In this document: piece after piece, positions 19,611 to 29,177 of the stretch
Position numbering within the stretch: the first letter of the stretch is position 1
Layout of the letters: every line of letters starts with the position of its first letter
Position numbers and translations under genes: made by a program
Virus record (IMG/VR): IMGVR_UViG_3300031965_000019
Location: 2,490-66,489 of that record
Source: a virus
DNA length: 64,000 bases
Strand: one strand, 5' to 3'
Notes under the pieces: model-generated
Seen by the model: the letters and a program-made list of their open reading frames with translations, nothing else
Told to the model about the DNA's origin: nothing
The model's database searches: none

Positions 19611-21314
19611 CTATCGTCTCGGCATGATCCCGTTGGTGGCACGGCGCAGGGCCCGTTCGAGCTTCCCTCTGGAGAATTGTACCGACTTTCTGTCCGTGGC
19701 GCTCGATGTTTTTTTCGTGCTCTCGATAGTTTCCGACACGGGCAGTGCCGTAGTGAACACCAGATAGCGGAGCGCATCCACCGTATCATCATCCCGTTTC
19801 AGGGGTTCCGGCTTCGCGACTTGCGGATTGAGGACCGAGCCTTGCGTAGGCTTCCTACCGCGCTTCCAGCGATATTTGCGCAGCTCTTCAATGAGGTGCT
19901 TGCAACGGCTCGAAATCCGAATCCGAGGTTCGCCCGTAGTGGGGTGGCACTTGAGCGCCGTGCGAACCGCGTTGATCCCGTCGTAAACCGCATTGCGGGC
20001 CGGCCCGGTAGGAATCCCGTAGCGGCAGTATTCGTTGATCTCGCCCGGCCGCGCGGGATCCGCGTAGTTCATCCCCCATAGAGCATCGCGCGTGGTGAGC
20101 AATCGCTTGTGGACGCGAATCACTTCGCCACGCTCTTCTTGCTCGCCTGGTCGCAATTCCCGCACTCTGTTGGTGCTCACTGCGGTGCGATATGTCTCGA
20201 TCGGCCAGCCCCACCGCTCATAGATTTCCAGCATGGCGAGCGCGTGGTCCTCATTGATCTTGTTTTGATCGATCGACCAAAATTCGTCATATATCAGCCA
20301 GTCTCCTATCGTGTCCTGGCAGCCGAACACTGCGGTCTGCGGATGCTCGGCAGACGCTCCCCAGTCGGTAGCCGAGTTGTGCCGAGCCCCCACGGGGATG
20401 CGCACTTGATCCTCGGGGATGACGTGGATTCTCTGGTTGAACGACGGATAGATGACGCCCTCGAAAGACGCCAAGGCGCCGGTCTCGCGCGTGGCCCGCA
20501 TTTCGTCCGGCACCAAGGCGAAGAATTGCTCGTACCAGCCGGGTTGCAGATTCGGGACGTTTTTTAGCGTGTTGGCCCGATAGAACCGCCAGCCCGCGGG
20601 GACATTGTCCATCGCCTTTTCGACCCAGATCGAGAGCTCGGGATCCACCGGCGTAAACTCGGCAAACTGGCCGCCCGGGAACATATACTCGCGACAGCCG
20701 CGGAGCACCTCCAGAAAGATATCCAGCGGGAACTGCTCACTAAACCAGAAACCGCCGATCGAGCGGGCCTGCATCGCCTGTCGGCCTTGCTCGTAACTCT
20801 TGAACTCCAAACGCCAATTCTTGGTCGGACTGCCGCCGCGCGACTCCGGCCACGGCTTCAACGGCACGCTCTTGGGGCGATTGAGTTTCTCAGAAAACCA
20901 ACTCACCCGCTCCCAATCCACTTCGCAAGACGGGATGTGGCCGTGACCTTCGAGCTTCTCGCCCCAGCACACGTCCATGCACTGCTCGTAGGTCTCGGCG
21001 ATGATCCAAAACGGGGTGTCTTTTCGTGGCGGCGGCTGTTGGTGCAATAGGAACTGCGCGGTCTTAAAACTCGCGCATTCTGTGGTCCCGGAAGCATTTC
21101 CGCCAACCATGAATGAAACTTGGTCGCGGTTGTAGCAAAACGATTCCTGCTCGTCGAAGTCAGCTGGGGCATCTGGCCGCGGGATGAAACTGTAATAGAA
21201 ATCCTCGCCGTCCATCGACTCCAAAAATCCGCGCACGACGGGATCGATCTCGGCTAGGGCGAGCACTTCGTCGATCGTGACTTCGGGTGCGGAGACCATG
21301 CTAATTCTTCTCAC
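19611..21314 (-). CDS. terL: Terminase large subunit
   Basis: Degenerate Walker A GGNASGTT, FWFSEQ Walker B region, nuclease ATDWG and C-terminal DDDTVDALRY. Confidence 0.88.
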   Translation of the reverse strand: MRRISMVSAPEVTIDEVLALAEIDPVVRGFLESMDGEDFYYSFIPRPDAPADFDEQESFCYNRDQVSFMVGGNASGTTECASFKTAQFLLHQQPPPRKDTPFWIIAETYEQCMDVCWGEKLEGHGHIPSCEVDWERVSWFSEKLNRPKSVPLKPWPESRGGSPTKNWRLEFKSYEQGRQAMQARSIGGFWFSEQFPLDIFLEVLRGCREYMFPGGQFAEFTPVDPELSIWVEKAMDNVPAGWRFYRANTLKNVPNLQPGWYEQFFALVPDEMRATRETGALASFEGVIYPSFNQRIHVIPEDQVRIPVGARHNSATDWGASAEHPQTAVFGCQDTIGDWLIYDEFWSIDQNKINEDHALAMLEIYERWGWPIETYRTAVSTNRVRELRPGEQEERGEVIRVHKRLLTTRDALWGMNYADPARPGEINEYCRYGIPTGPARNAVYDGINAVRTALKCHPTTGEPRIRISSRCKHLIEELRKYRWKRGRKPTQGSVLNPQVAKPEPLKRDDDTVDALRYLVFTTALPVSETIESTKKTSSATDRKSVQFSRGKLERALRRATNGIMPRR

Positions 21315-21481
21315 TTCCAGTCGATTCCGCGTGCTTCGCAGTAAGCGATTACATCATCAACGGACATTGAATAAATCTTGGCAATTTGAATCACCGAAAC
21401 ATGCTCGGCCACCAGCTCTTCAATGCTGTCAATGTGTTTCTGCGGCGTCGGATCATTCTCTGAAAATTCAAAGCGGTTCAT
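21311..21481 (-). CDS. Small HTH-like protein (56 aa)
   Basis: IEELVAEHVSVIQIAKIYSMSVDDVIAYC resembles repeats in the 22822..23874 protein. Confidence 0.55.
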   Translation of the reverse strand: MNRFEFSENDPTPQKHIDSIEELVAEHVSVIQIAKIYSMSVDDVIAYCEARGIDWK

Positions 21482-21500
21482 TTCAATATCTTCCGTAACC

Positions 21501-22106
21501 CTAAACGGCCCGCACAAGTCGACAACGCGCATCCGCCGACAACTCGCTTCCCAGCAATCTCGCTTTATGCTGTGCGAGCGAAAGCACTTGTGTTCCAGAT
21601 GATCGCGTGCGAACTCTACCAGTATCCTTTTCGCACCATCGCAAGACATAGTTATCTCGGTCTGGGTAGTTTACGACATGCACATTCACGCCTTGTTCGA
21701 GTTCCTCGGCCCAATCCATCAGCGTGTCGTACCCCTCACTGTTGAGTAAGTATCCCAAGACTGAGTAAATCCCTTCGATGTAATCTCCGAATACGCCCAG
21801 TGCCACATTGCATCGTTGGCAAAGCAAGCCGCGAATTTTTCCGGTCGTGTGATTGTGGTCAACCAGAAGGCGTCCGTGCTTGGTCTTTGGTTCATCGGTT
21901 CGACAGATCGCGCATCGCCCGTGTTGCGCATGGAGTAAGTTGTTATAGTCCTCGTCGTCCATGCGATATTCACGAAACAAAGTATCTGAGTATCTTTTGT
22001 CTCGACTGTCCGAACGATCTAAATGGCGTTGCGCGCGAGCCAGAGCACCCGGGTACTCGACCTCGCGTTTTTCATTGACTTCTTTCAATAGCTTCGCCAT
22101 GCTCAT
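21501..22106 (-). CDS. Endonuclease VII-type HNH (homing) endonuclease
   Basis: Q.GRCAIC…VDHNH.TGKIRGLLCQRCN.ALG motif. Confidence 0.85.
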   Translation of the reverse strand: MSMAKLLKEVNEKREVEYPGALARAQRHLDRSDSRDKRYSDTLFREYRMDDEDYNNLLHAQHGRCAICRTDEPKTKHGRLLVDHNHTTGKIRGLLCQRCNVALGVFGDYIEGIYSVLGYLLNSEGYDTLMDWAEELEQGVNVHVVNYPDRDNYVLRWCEKDTGRVRTRSSGTQVLSLAQHKARLLGSELSADARCRLVRAV

Positions 22107-22116
22107 TGCAATAGTC

Positions 22117-22785
22117 CTAATTCTTGCCGGGGGTTGTCATGCGGCTGAACGCCCCGCTGGCTTCGGAAACTCTTGTCTCGTACTCGCGGCGCTCGATCGC
22201 CTTCGAGTGAATGCGCTTCATCATGTCCTGCATGAGCAATGCGGGGGTTGTGCCGGCCACGCGATACTCTTCGTGCTGAACGCGGAATTTCACGGCGGCA
22301 AAGTGGCCTTCGAGCCGGCAACGCGTGTCGATGCACCATTGGGCGATTTCCAGCCACGCCTTTTCGCCGTGCCGGTAAACGCTGGTGACGGCCCGCTCCA
22401 GCAGACTCTCGACGTTTTTGCGCTGCGCTTCCGGCAGAGTTTTCAGTTTGGCGATCTGCTGCTTGACCAGTTCCCGCCGCTCGGCCGGCTTCGTGCTGTA
22501 AAAGCATTTCCAGGCCACACGCTCCAATTCGTTGATCTTCAAAAGTTCGGCCGCGATCGAGCGCGTGGACGACGCCTGAATCATGGGAAAGATGTGCTTG
22601 TTGAAATGGTGCTGGATGGTGAACTTGCCCACGTCATAATGCGCGGCGATTTGCCGAAACGACCAGCCCTGACCGTAGAGTCGCATGATCTGGTCGTAAT
22701 CGTCCGGCACAATCTTCCGCTCGCCTGGCGGGGGACACCCGGACTTGCGCGCAGCGGTTTTCGGCGTTGGTTTTTTCTTCGCCAT
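22117..22785 (-). CDS. Putative terminase small subunit
   Basis: N-terminal HTH (GWSFRQIAAHYDVGKFTIQHH), helical body, upstream of TerL. Confidence 0.65.
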   Translation of the reverse strand: MAKKKPTPKTAARKSGCPPPGERKIVPDDYDQIMRLYGQGWSFRQIAAHYDVGKFTIQHHFNKHIFPMIQASSTRSIAAELLKINELERVAWKCFYSTKPAERRELVKQQIAKLKTLPEAQRKNVESLLERAVTSVYRHGEKAWLEIAQWCIDTRCRLEGHFAAVKFRVQHEEYRVAGTTPALLMQDMMKRIHSKAIERREYETRVSEASGAFSRMTTPGKN

Positions 22786-22821
22786 GTTTGCCTACTTGTT
22801 GTCGACTTGGTCGCGGAAACT

Positions 22822-23874
22822 CTATGCCGTAGGTTGCTCTACTTCCTGCCGCCGCCGGAGCACGGCCGCTACTTTCTGCGATGACGTTCCCAGCAGTTTG
22901 GCGATGTCCTTGGGCGGCTGTTCCGGATCGTTCTCGTAGGCCAAGAGAATCTGCTCTTCCAGGCTCAAGGGCTGGCCATCGTCAGGTCCGAACTCGTCGT
23001 CCTCACCTTCGCCTTCGACTTCGACTTCCAATTCATCTTCCAGCGCCCCCAGCGGACCGGCGTCGTCATCCGGGTCGAAAGAATTCCCTGCCGGCGTCGG
23101 CGACCCGTCAGTCGAGCCAGACGCACCGGCGATCGACGGTTCCAATTCGAGCCCGTGATCGCTGCAATACTTGAGCACGCTGCCGACCGGCATGACCTTC
23201 ACCTTGGCGATCTGCGCTGCACTGAGACCCTGTGCGACCAGCGTTTCGATCTTCTCGGGACCAGCCGTTGGCGCCGCCGGCGCTTTCTTGCCAATCTTTT
23301 CCTGCATCTGCTTCGCCTTGAGCCGATCCAATTCGCGCCGCTTTTTTTCTTTCTCGGCAATCTGCTTGACATAGCCCTGACCGTCGTGTTTCCCGGGGTT
23401 GTTGATCGCATCGCGGACCTTGGCCACGTCCGGGCTGCCGAATTCGTCGTACCAATCATAAATTTTGGCGATCTGATGCAGGGAAACTTTTTGGTTCACC
23501 AGTTCGGCGACTGGCTCCAGTTGCTTTTGAGCCTTGGGCGTGGCGCCGGTCCTAGCGGCCGCGATCGTGTCGATGCACGACCAGACGTTGTTGCCGGGCA
23601 ACAGGTCATCCTTGGGGCTCATTTCCGCTTGGGTGACGTGGGCCCGCCAATGCTTGGTGAACTCCTCGACGGCACGGCAGAGATTCCGGCACGATGCGGG
23701 GATAGTGCCTTTCGCGAAAGCGTCGACCACTTCTTGCGCGGCCATCCACAGCGGTCCGCCGACCGGCAGTCCGTTAATGGAGGTGTCGTCACTCCAGCGT
23801 TGCCGCTCTTCGAGCATGTTGTCGACGGAAAGAAACAGATACGTTTGTCTTTCTTGAAGTGATTCGAGTGACAT
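22822..23874 (-). CDS. Hypothetical protein with repeated HTH-like motifs (350 aa)
   Basis: Two ELV/TLV…QIAK repeats, acidic linker, C-terminal DIAKLLGTS HTH. Confidence 0.65.
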   Translation of the reverse strand: MSLESLQERQTYLFLSVDNMLEERQRWSDDTSINGLPVGGPLWMAAQEVVDAFAKGTIPASCRNLCRAVEEFTKHWRAHVTQAEMSPKDDLLPGNNVWSCIDTIAAARTGATPKAQKQLEPVAELVNQKVSLHQIAKIYDWYDEFGSPDVAKVRDAINNPGKHDGQGYVKQIAEKEKKRRELDRLKAKQMQEKIGKKAPAAPTAGPEKIETLVAQGLSAAQIAKVKVMPVGSVLKYCSDHGLELEPSIAGASGSTDGSPTPAGNSFDPDDDAGPLGALEDELEVEVEGEGEDDEFGPDDGQPLSLEEQILLAYENDPEQPPKDIAKLLGTSSQKVAAVLRRRQEVEQPTA

Positions 23875-23930
23875 AGTGTTTGCCTACCTGTTAAAAGACT
23901 TGGTGAAAGTGGAAAGACGATGGTCGCGAA

Positions 23931-24257
23931 CTAGCTCTTACATAACGTGAGAATGGACCGCTCGGCGGCTTCAGCGCCGTTCGATACCAAGCGAAGCTGG
24001 TTACAGCCGAACGCCGCATCCGGCAATCGTACGATCGTGCTGGCCGCAAACGTAATGCTCAGCGTGGCGCCCAGCGCATCCTTGATTGGAAACCACGAGC
24101 CGCTGTTTTGCAATCTGCCTTCGATAGCCAATGCAGTCCCGGTCATGGCGGCTGGAAGCTGCACGCTGCCAAAGGCCATGTCGTCGACTTCAAAGGCCGT
24201 GGATTCGGTCCCCGATTCGGCGATGACGACCGTCTTAGGTCTCCTGATTCTTTCCAT
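23931..24257 (-). CDS. Small virion beta-sandwich protein (108 aa)
   Basis: VQLPAAMTGT…LRLVS…AERSI pattern typical of small virion proteins. Confidence 0.55.
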   Translation of the reverse strand: MERIRRPKTVVIAESGTESTAFEVDDMAFGSVQLPAAMTGTALAIEGRLQNSGSWFPIKDALGATLSITFAASTIVRLPDAAFGCNQLRLVSNGAEAAERSILTLCKS

Positions 24258-24267
24258 GATAGCCTCG

Positions 24268-26397
24268 CTAAGATGCGCTGGGAATTAGTAACTGCTGCTG
24301 TCGATATTCATTGCTGCCGAAACTCGCGTTCGCATGAAGCTCTTCCATGAACAGTGCCGCCCCGAAAAACTCCGCTGCGTCGAAGTCAAGCGGGTGCGTG
24401 GTAAGACTGTCCAACAGCACGTTGCTGTAGGTGGTTGTGTGCGCCGTGTTGAACGCATCCATCCAAATGGCAGCTGCGCCGTTGGCGTCATTGTCGACGA
24501 GCGAGAAGCCGTCGCTAAAATCATCGAACGATGCGCCCTCTGTGAGCAGGTAGCCGGAGACGTAGCCGACATTGTCGTTGGCGGCGGCTATCGCGGCGGC
24601 GGCCAGCGTGTGATTCTCCGCGTCGATCCGTCCGGCTGCCATCGTGTTGCTGCCTTCGTGGACGTGCGGTGCGTAGATAATGATGGGCCAGCGCGGCTTT
24701 CCCATTGCATCGTGGCGGGCATTCATCCGATTGACGACGGCTTGATAGACCGTTTCATATTCTGCTTGCGTTTTGTTTTCGCGAGCGAAGTACATTGCGT
24801 AGAAACCGCGATTTGGCAGGGCACCGTGGTAGTTCGTGAGATTGGCGTCATCGAACTGCTTGGGCGTTCCGGCACTGCTTTCCGCGTCCACGCCGAAGCC
24901 GATGATCGGCCAGGAAGCGTCGGCTAGATTCGCGAAGATGATGCCGCCAGAAATGTCGGCCCGACGCACTACGAATCCGGCCAGGTCGAAGGTTTTGTTC
25001 TCTTGGCCGGTCCAGCCTGCGACTGGCTTGCTGAGAATCATGCCTCTACTACTGCCAGCGCCATCGCCCGTGTTGAATAGCTCACTTGTGACTGAGATTT
25101 CACCGGCAACGCCCGTCGAGAGATCGAGGTCTATGTATTCATCGAGTTCAACATCGTAAACGCCGATCACAAGCAGGGGATTTTGCGTCGAGGTTCGCTG
25201 GAGCAATCGAACGCCCACGGTCTCCTTAGTCGCGCCGGACAACCAACTAGACAGAACGCCTGAGAAGAGTATCAAGTCCGAAAATACGACAGAGAACACA
25301 TCGGGGTCGCCCACGTAGGGGCCAGCGCCAGTGTGCAGTTCCATGATCTGATTGACCGGCAGGCCGAAGTGCGTCGGCACGGACTCTAGTTTTTCGATCT
25401 CATAGTTAGTGCCGCTGTCTACTACTGCCCAAGTGTGCGTGTCGGGTGAAGTTATTGCTCCGTCGAATGGGTTGCCGGAATTAACCGACAGCGTATCCGC
25501 TCCGAGAATCAATTTCTCCAGCGGCAGACCCGTCAAGACCGCCAGTCTCTCCAGCGCATGGAACGGATAGCGGCTATAGATGTTCGCCACCGAAATACTA
25601 TCGCCCAACGCCACAAACGTCTTGTCCACGGACAGATTGACGATGCCGAGATTGGCGCTGGCAGGAGTGGCAGCGATGGCGGACGCAGCCCAGATCGGCG
25701 CGGCCTCGCCCGTGAAAAACGCCGAGTCGTCGCTGAACGTCGGCATGATGCCTGTGTCGAATAGCACCGTTCCGGTTTCGGCCGTGAGTGAATTCTTGAG
25801 CGATACGTTGCCCGTGGCATTTGCGCCAATCGCCGGCGTGGAAGTAGTCGTGTAAATCCGAATCGGGCTGGCCGAGTCGGCCATCATGGTATTGCGGTCA
25901 GCGGTCGTGAGCGTGGCCGTCGCCCATACCTGGATGCCGCCGATGCGCATGTTGTGGCCGGCGATTTGCGTTCCTCCCGTAGCGCGACCGATCCACAGCG
26001 TCGTCAACGCGGAATTAGGGATGCTCGTCGCCGTCGGGAAGGCGTTTGTCCCAGCTTGATCGACATACACGCTGAATGTGCCGCCCGTTAACCGCCAGTA
26101 GACGGTGTGCGGAATGCCGCCAGTGGCCAGATCGAGATTCACCGTCGCAGAGGCGGGCGTAGGCGTGTCGTTGCTGATCGTGATAACCAGCTTATTGGCG
26201 GTGTCTACTGCGAAAGAGATTTTGCTGCCGCCTGCGCTCAGGTATTCCAGAAACACCCGCTGCGAGCCGGGCGCGACTAGAGATTCGATAACGAACTTGC
26301 CGCCATACGCCGCGCCGGCAATCGAGGGGAATAGACTGGGCGACAACGTGCTATTTGTCACCAGGTAATTCGCGCGCGTGGAATTGAGAATGTACAC
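24268..26397 (-). CDS. Tail fibre/spike with LamG-like region and SGNH-type esterase (709 aa)
   Basis: LWIG…IGGIQVW lectin-like N-terminus; ALGDSIS block I; TTHP near C-terminus. Confidence 0.65.
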   Translation of the reverse strand: MYILNSTRANYLVTNSTLSPSLFPSIAGAAYGGKFVIESLVAPGSQRVFLEYLSAGGSKISFAVDTANKLVITISNDTPTPASATVNLDLATGGIPHTVYWRLTGGTFSVYVDQAGTNAFPTATSIPNSALTTLWIGRATGGTQIAGHNMRIGGIQVWATATLTTADRNTMMADSASPIRIYTTTSTPAIGANATGNVSLKNSLTAETGTVLFDTGIMPTFSDDSAFFTGEAAPIWAASAIAATPASANLGIVNLSVDKTFVALGDSISVANIYSRYPFHALERLAVLTGLPLEKLILGADTLSVNSGNPFDGAITSPDTHTWAVVDSGTNYEIEKLESVPTHFGLPVNQIMELHTGAGPYVGDPDVFSVVFSDLILFSGVLSSWLSGATKETVGVRLLQRTSTQNPLLVIGVYDVELDEYIDLDLSTGVAGEISVTSELFNTGDGAGSSRGMILSKPVAGWTGQENKTFDLAGFVVRRADISGGIIFANLADASWPIIGFGVDAESSAGTPKQFDDANLTNYHGALPNRGFYAMYFARENKTQAEYETVYQAVVNRMNARHDAMGKPRWPIIIYAPHVHEGSNTMAAGRIDAENHTLAAAAIAAANDNVGYVSGYLLTEGASFDDFSDGFSLVDNDANGAAAIWMDAFNTAHTTTYSNVLLDSLTTHPLDFDAAEFFGAALFMEELHANASFGSNEYRQQQLLIPSAS

Positions 26398-26410
26398 TGT
26401 TTCTACCTTC

Positions 26411-27673
26411 TCATGGCCAAACTAGATTTTCAACATTGGGAATTGCCACGTTGGCTTCATCGCGACAGCCGAAGCAATTGACATAGATGCCTGACACGCC
26501 GCTCGCGGAGAATACGTCCGTAATCGCCGACCAGCCCGTCCCCCGGAAACGATGCCCGTAGAAACTAACGACTTGCCGATGCGTAGTCATGCCCGTCGAG
26601 TTCCAAAGCACCGTGCCTTTTTCAATGCCCATCCCGCCATAGACATCAACAGCGCCAGAACCGCGTATCTCAAACAGGTGCGCACCATTGGCCTGATGCA
26701 CTGATCCAGAAATAATCGGGTTGTCGAATCGCACTTGCCAAGGGTCTTGAACTGGCATGCTCGGCAAGCACTGCACCAGCATTACGCCGGACATATACGC
26801 TGCACCAGCTTGCGCATCAGAAGCGAAGTTTCTTATGATGTGCTGTCCCGCATTGAAAGCGCCTTTAGCTAATCTGACGCAGACTACTGGGTTTACCGTA
26901 GTGACGCCATCAGCGTAGAATTTGGCATTCTGGGCCGTCAGATCAAATACAACGCCCGTTCCAGGTTCCCCTAGAGACGGTCCACCAACCTCTCCAGGAT
27001 TGGGAAATTGGAAAAACTCATAAATGTTGTCCTTGAAAAACCAACCCTGCGCTTGATTGTTCACCGCCCTAAAAGCAACGTCGTGGTTCTCTATCTTACA
27101 ACGCTCAACACGGCAGAGGTCGCAGTTACTATCTGTGGACGCTAGGCCAGCTTGAAAAGCAACCTTGCCTTTGTAGAGGTTCAGGTCATGGAAATAATGC
27201 TTGCCGGAGCCAAGCCCTGCATCGAATGGAACAAGGATCGTGACATCAGGATTCGTCCCATACTGATCTGTAAGCGTGTCGCCTTGTATGGAAAATTGGC
27301 CTATCTCGCAATTCGTGCCTCGCACTGTAATTACCGGAACGTCATCGGCTACGCTGTTGTCGCGCTGCAGCAGCGATACGCTGCCAAAAAGTGTGTGAGC
27401 GGGATTATGATGATTACTGTTGCCGTTGCCTAGAATCTTTAAGCCAGAGCGATTGGGTATCTCTATCCCACCGACCAGTTCAAGTCCTGGCTTGCCCCAG
27501 ACGATGCCTCTGGTGCGTGAAGCGTCGATCTGCGCCTGAATCGAGAGTCCGCCATTGAACGAAACATCAATGCGGTCGCTGACCTCGATTATCTCCGGCA
27601 CGTCGATCGGATCATCGACCTCGATCAGGTCGGGACCGTCCTGGACGACTTCAATGGTAAGTTCTTCGGCCAT
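26411..27673 (-). CDS. Beta-helix (pectate-lyase-like) tailspike (420 aa)
   Basis: SGLKILGNG…IGQFSIQGD…VERCKIEN parallel beta-helix pattern; AT-richer than flanks. Confidence 0.7.
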   Translation of the reverse strand: MAEELTIEVVQDGPDLIEVDDPIDVPEIIEVSDRIDVSFNGGLSIQAQIDASRTRGIVWGKPGLELVGGIEIPNRSGLKILGNGNSNHHNPAHTLFGSVSLLQRDNSVADDVPVITVRGTNCEIGQFSIQGDTLTDQYGTNPDVTILVPFDAGLGSGKHYFHDLNLYKGKVAFQAGLASTDSNCDLCRVERCKIENHDVAFRAVNNQAQGWFFKDNIYEFFQFPNPGEVGGPSLGEPGTGVVFDLTAQNAKFYADGVTTVNPVVCVRLAKGAFNAGQHIIRNFASDAQAGAAYMSGVMLVQCLPSMPVQDPWQVRFDNPIISGSVHQANGAHLFEIRGSGAVDVYGGMGIEKGTVLWNSTGMTTHRQVVSFYGHRFRGTGWSAITDVFSASGVSGIYVNCFGCRDEANVAIPNVENLVWP

Positions 27674-27700
27674 GCCGCCACGTCTCAGTAGGACTCTACC

Positions 27701-28072
27701 TTAGACTGCCACCGTTGGCAGGACATCGAAAATAATCTCGGCGATCTTGGTAGTCGTGCCGCCGCTCGACGTAATGAGGATGTCGCCCACCGGTTTCTGA
27801 CTTGCTTGTCTGCCGGCAGTCGAGCCCGTGAAGGCCGCCGTCACCGCACTCGAAAGCGATAACGTGATCGTGCCCAGCGCCACGTCGATGACCGGATTTA
27901 ATTCTGTTTTCGCGCCGAGAACGACCGCGCCGCCGCGATCCTCCAAGTCCGCCTTCGCCGTGTAGCCGGTCAAATCGAACGGTAGTCCTGTCGCCTTCAC
28001 CTTCATGGCAAAGACCTTGGAATAGGTCGCGCCCTTGTCGATTCGATGATTGAATGACGCTGGCTTTCTCAT
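27701..28072 (-). CDS. BppU-like N-terminal domain protein (123 aa)
   Basis: IDKGATY…PFDLTGYTAKA…GTITLSLS motif; ATGA overlap with upstream gene. Confidence 0.7.
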   Translation of the reverse strand: MRKPASFNHRIDKGATYSKVFAMKVKATGLPFDLTGYTAKADLEDRGGAVVLGAKTELNPVIDVALGTITLSLSSAVTAAFTGSTAGRQASQKPVGDILITSSGGTTTKIAEIIFDVLPTVAV

Positions 28073-28389
28073 CTGGCAACCTCCACCGCTCGCACCCGCC
28101 GCGAGGCTTTCAGCCGCTTCGCCTCGCACTCGATGCAGGTTTTCGTGACGATTTTATGCCCGCAGTCCGGACAGCGCCAGACGCGATTGCCAGTACGCGG
28201 CGACGGCACGTATTCCCTCTGCGCCTTAGTCGGCGTCCGCTTTCGTCGTTCCGAAGCCGACGTGATCCGATGCCCGGCAACGGCGTCCACAGTTTGTCGC
28301 GAGACTTCGCTCACCTCTGCTATCGTGCGACGTGAGAAGCCGCCGCGGAGCATGTTTTCTATCTGCTCGATTTTTTCGGCGGGGATCAT
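28069..28389 (-). CDS. HTH plus Zn-finger protein
   Basis: SRRTIAEVSEVSRQTV HTH; CPDC…CIEC. Confidence 0.7.
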   Translation of the reverse strand: MIPAEKIEQIENMLRGGFSRRTIAEVSEVSRQTVDAVAGHRITSASERRKRTPTKAQREYVPSPRTGNRVWRCPDCGHKIVTKTCIECEAKRLKASRRVRAVEVAR

Positions 28390-28667
28390 CGTTTATCCTC
28401 CAGCAGCTTTTCAATGCGCTCGCTGTTTACCTCTACAGCAGACTCGGCCCTATCCACGGCCGCCTCCGCTCTGATTACAGCAGACTCGGCTCTATCTACA
28501 GCAGATTCTGCTTTCTCCGAGTCCGTGGAAAGCTGCTCGACCTGCTTCCGCACGTCCACCAATGGCGTCACCACCAGTTGCACGCCTGCCGCGCCGATCA
28601 GCACCAACGCTACAATCAGCGCGATAAGCGGAGCGCGCAAGTCGTTACTTTGATCGTCCTGTTCCAT
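28386..28667 (-). CDS. Single-TM coiled-coil protein (spanin/holin-like, 93 aa)
   Basis: N-terminal TM followed by AESAVDR heptad repeats (21-nt DNA repeats). Confidence 0.6.
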   Translation of the reverse strand: MEQDDQSNDLRAPLIALIVALVLIGAAGVQLVVTPLVDVRKQVEQLSTDSEKAESAVDRAESAVIRAEAAVDRAESAVEVNSERIEKLLEDKR

Positions 28668-29067
28668 CGCCTTCCCACCCTGGATACCATTTATCCATCC
28701 ACCGGCGACCCATGTAGTCTCCCAGCGTCCCGGCAAGAAACGACACGATGATCAGCCAGCCTAGATTTTGCGCCGGCTGAAATACGATCTGACTCTCCTC
28801 TTTCAGCCATTTGTTGGCCAAGGCAACCACAGTCTCAGGCCCAAGCACGCTGACGGCAAACCCCAAAAACGCTCCGCAGGCTACGTCGAAAATCATCATC
28901 CGCGGCGTCGTGCGGCGGGCATTGCTGGTTGCCACCTGCACCACCACGCTGCCAATCACGCCAACAAACGCCGCCAACAATCCCGGCGGGAAATCTTCGT
29001 AAAAAGTCGCCAGCACGGTCACTACTCCGATGTTCGCGCACAATAGTAACAGGCTGGTATTGAACAT
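28645..29067 (-). CDS. Holin-like multi-TM protein (140 aa)
   Basis: Three to four hydrophobic segments and charged C-terminus. Confidence 0.55.
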   Translation of the reverse strand: MFNTSLLLLCANIGVVTVLATFYEDFPPGLLAAFVGVIGSVVVQVATSNARRTTPRMMIFDVACGAFLGFAVSVLGPETVVALANKWLKEESQIVFQPAQNLGWLIIVSFLAGTLGDYMGRRWMDKWYPGWEGDGTGRSK

Positions 29068-29177
29068 TGCATTTGTGCGTCCTGCTAAGTAAAACCCGCC
29101 GCACCGTTCAGAGGATGCAGAAACGGCACGACGGGCTCGGAATGAAGGCCCCGTTCAAGACCCTCATACGGCTGCAA

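Noticed and set aside
28420-28520. 21-nt tandem repeats as a non-coding array
   Set aside because: In-frame coiled-coil heptads (AESAVDR)
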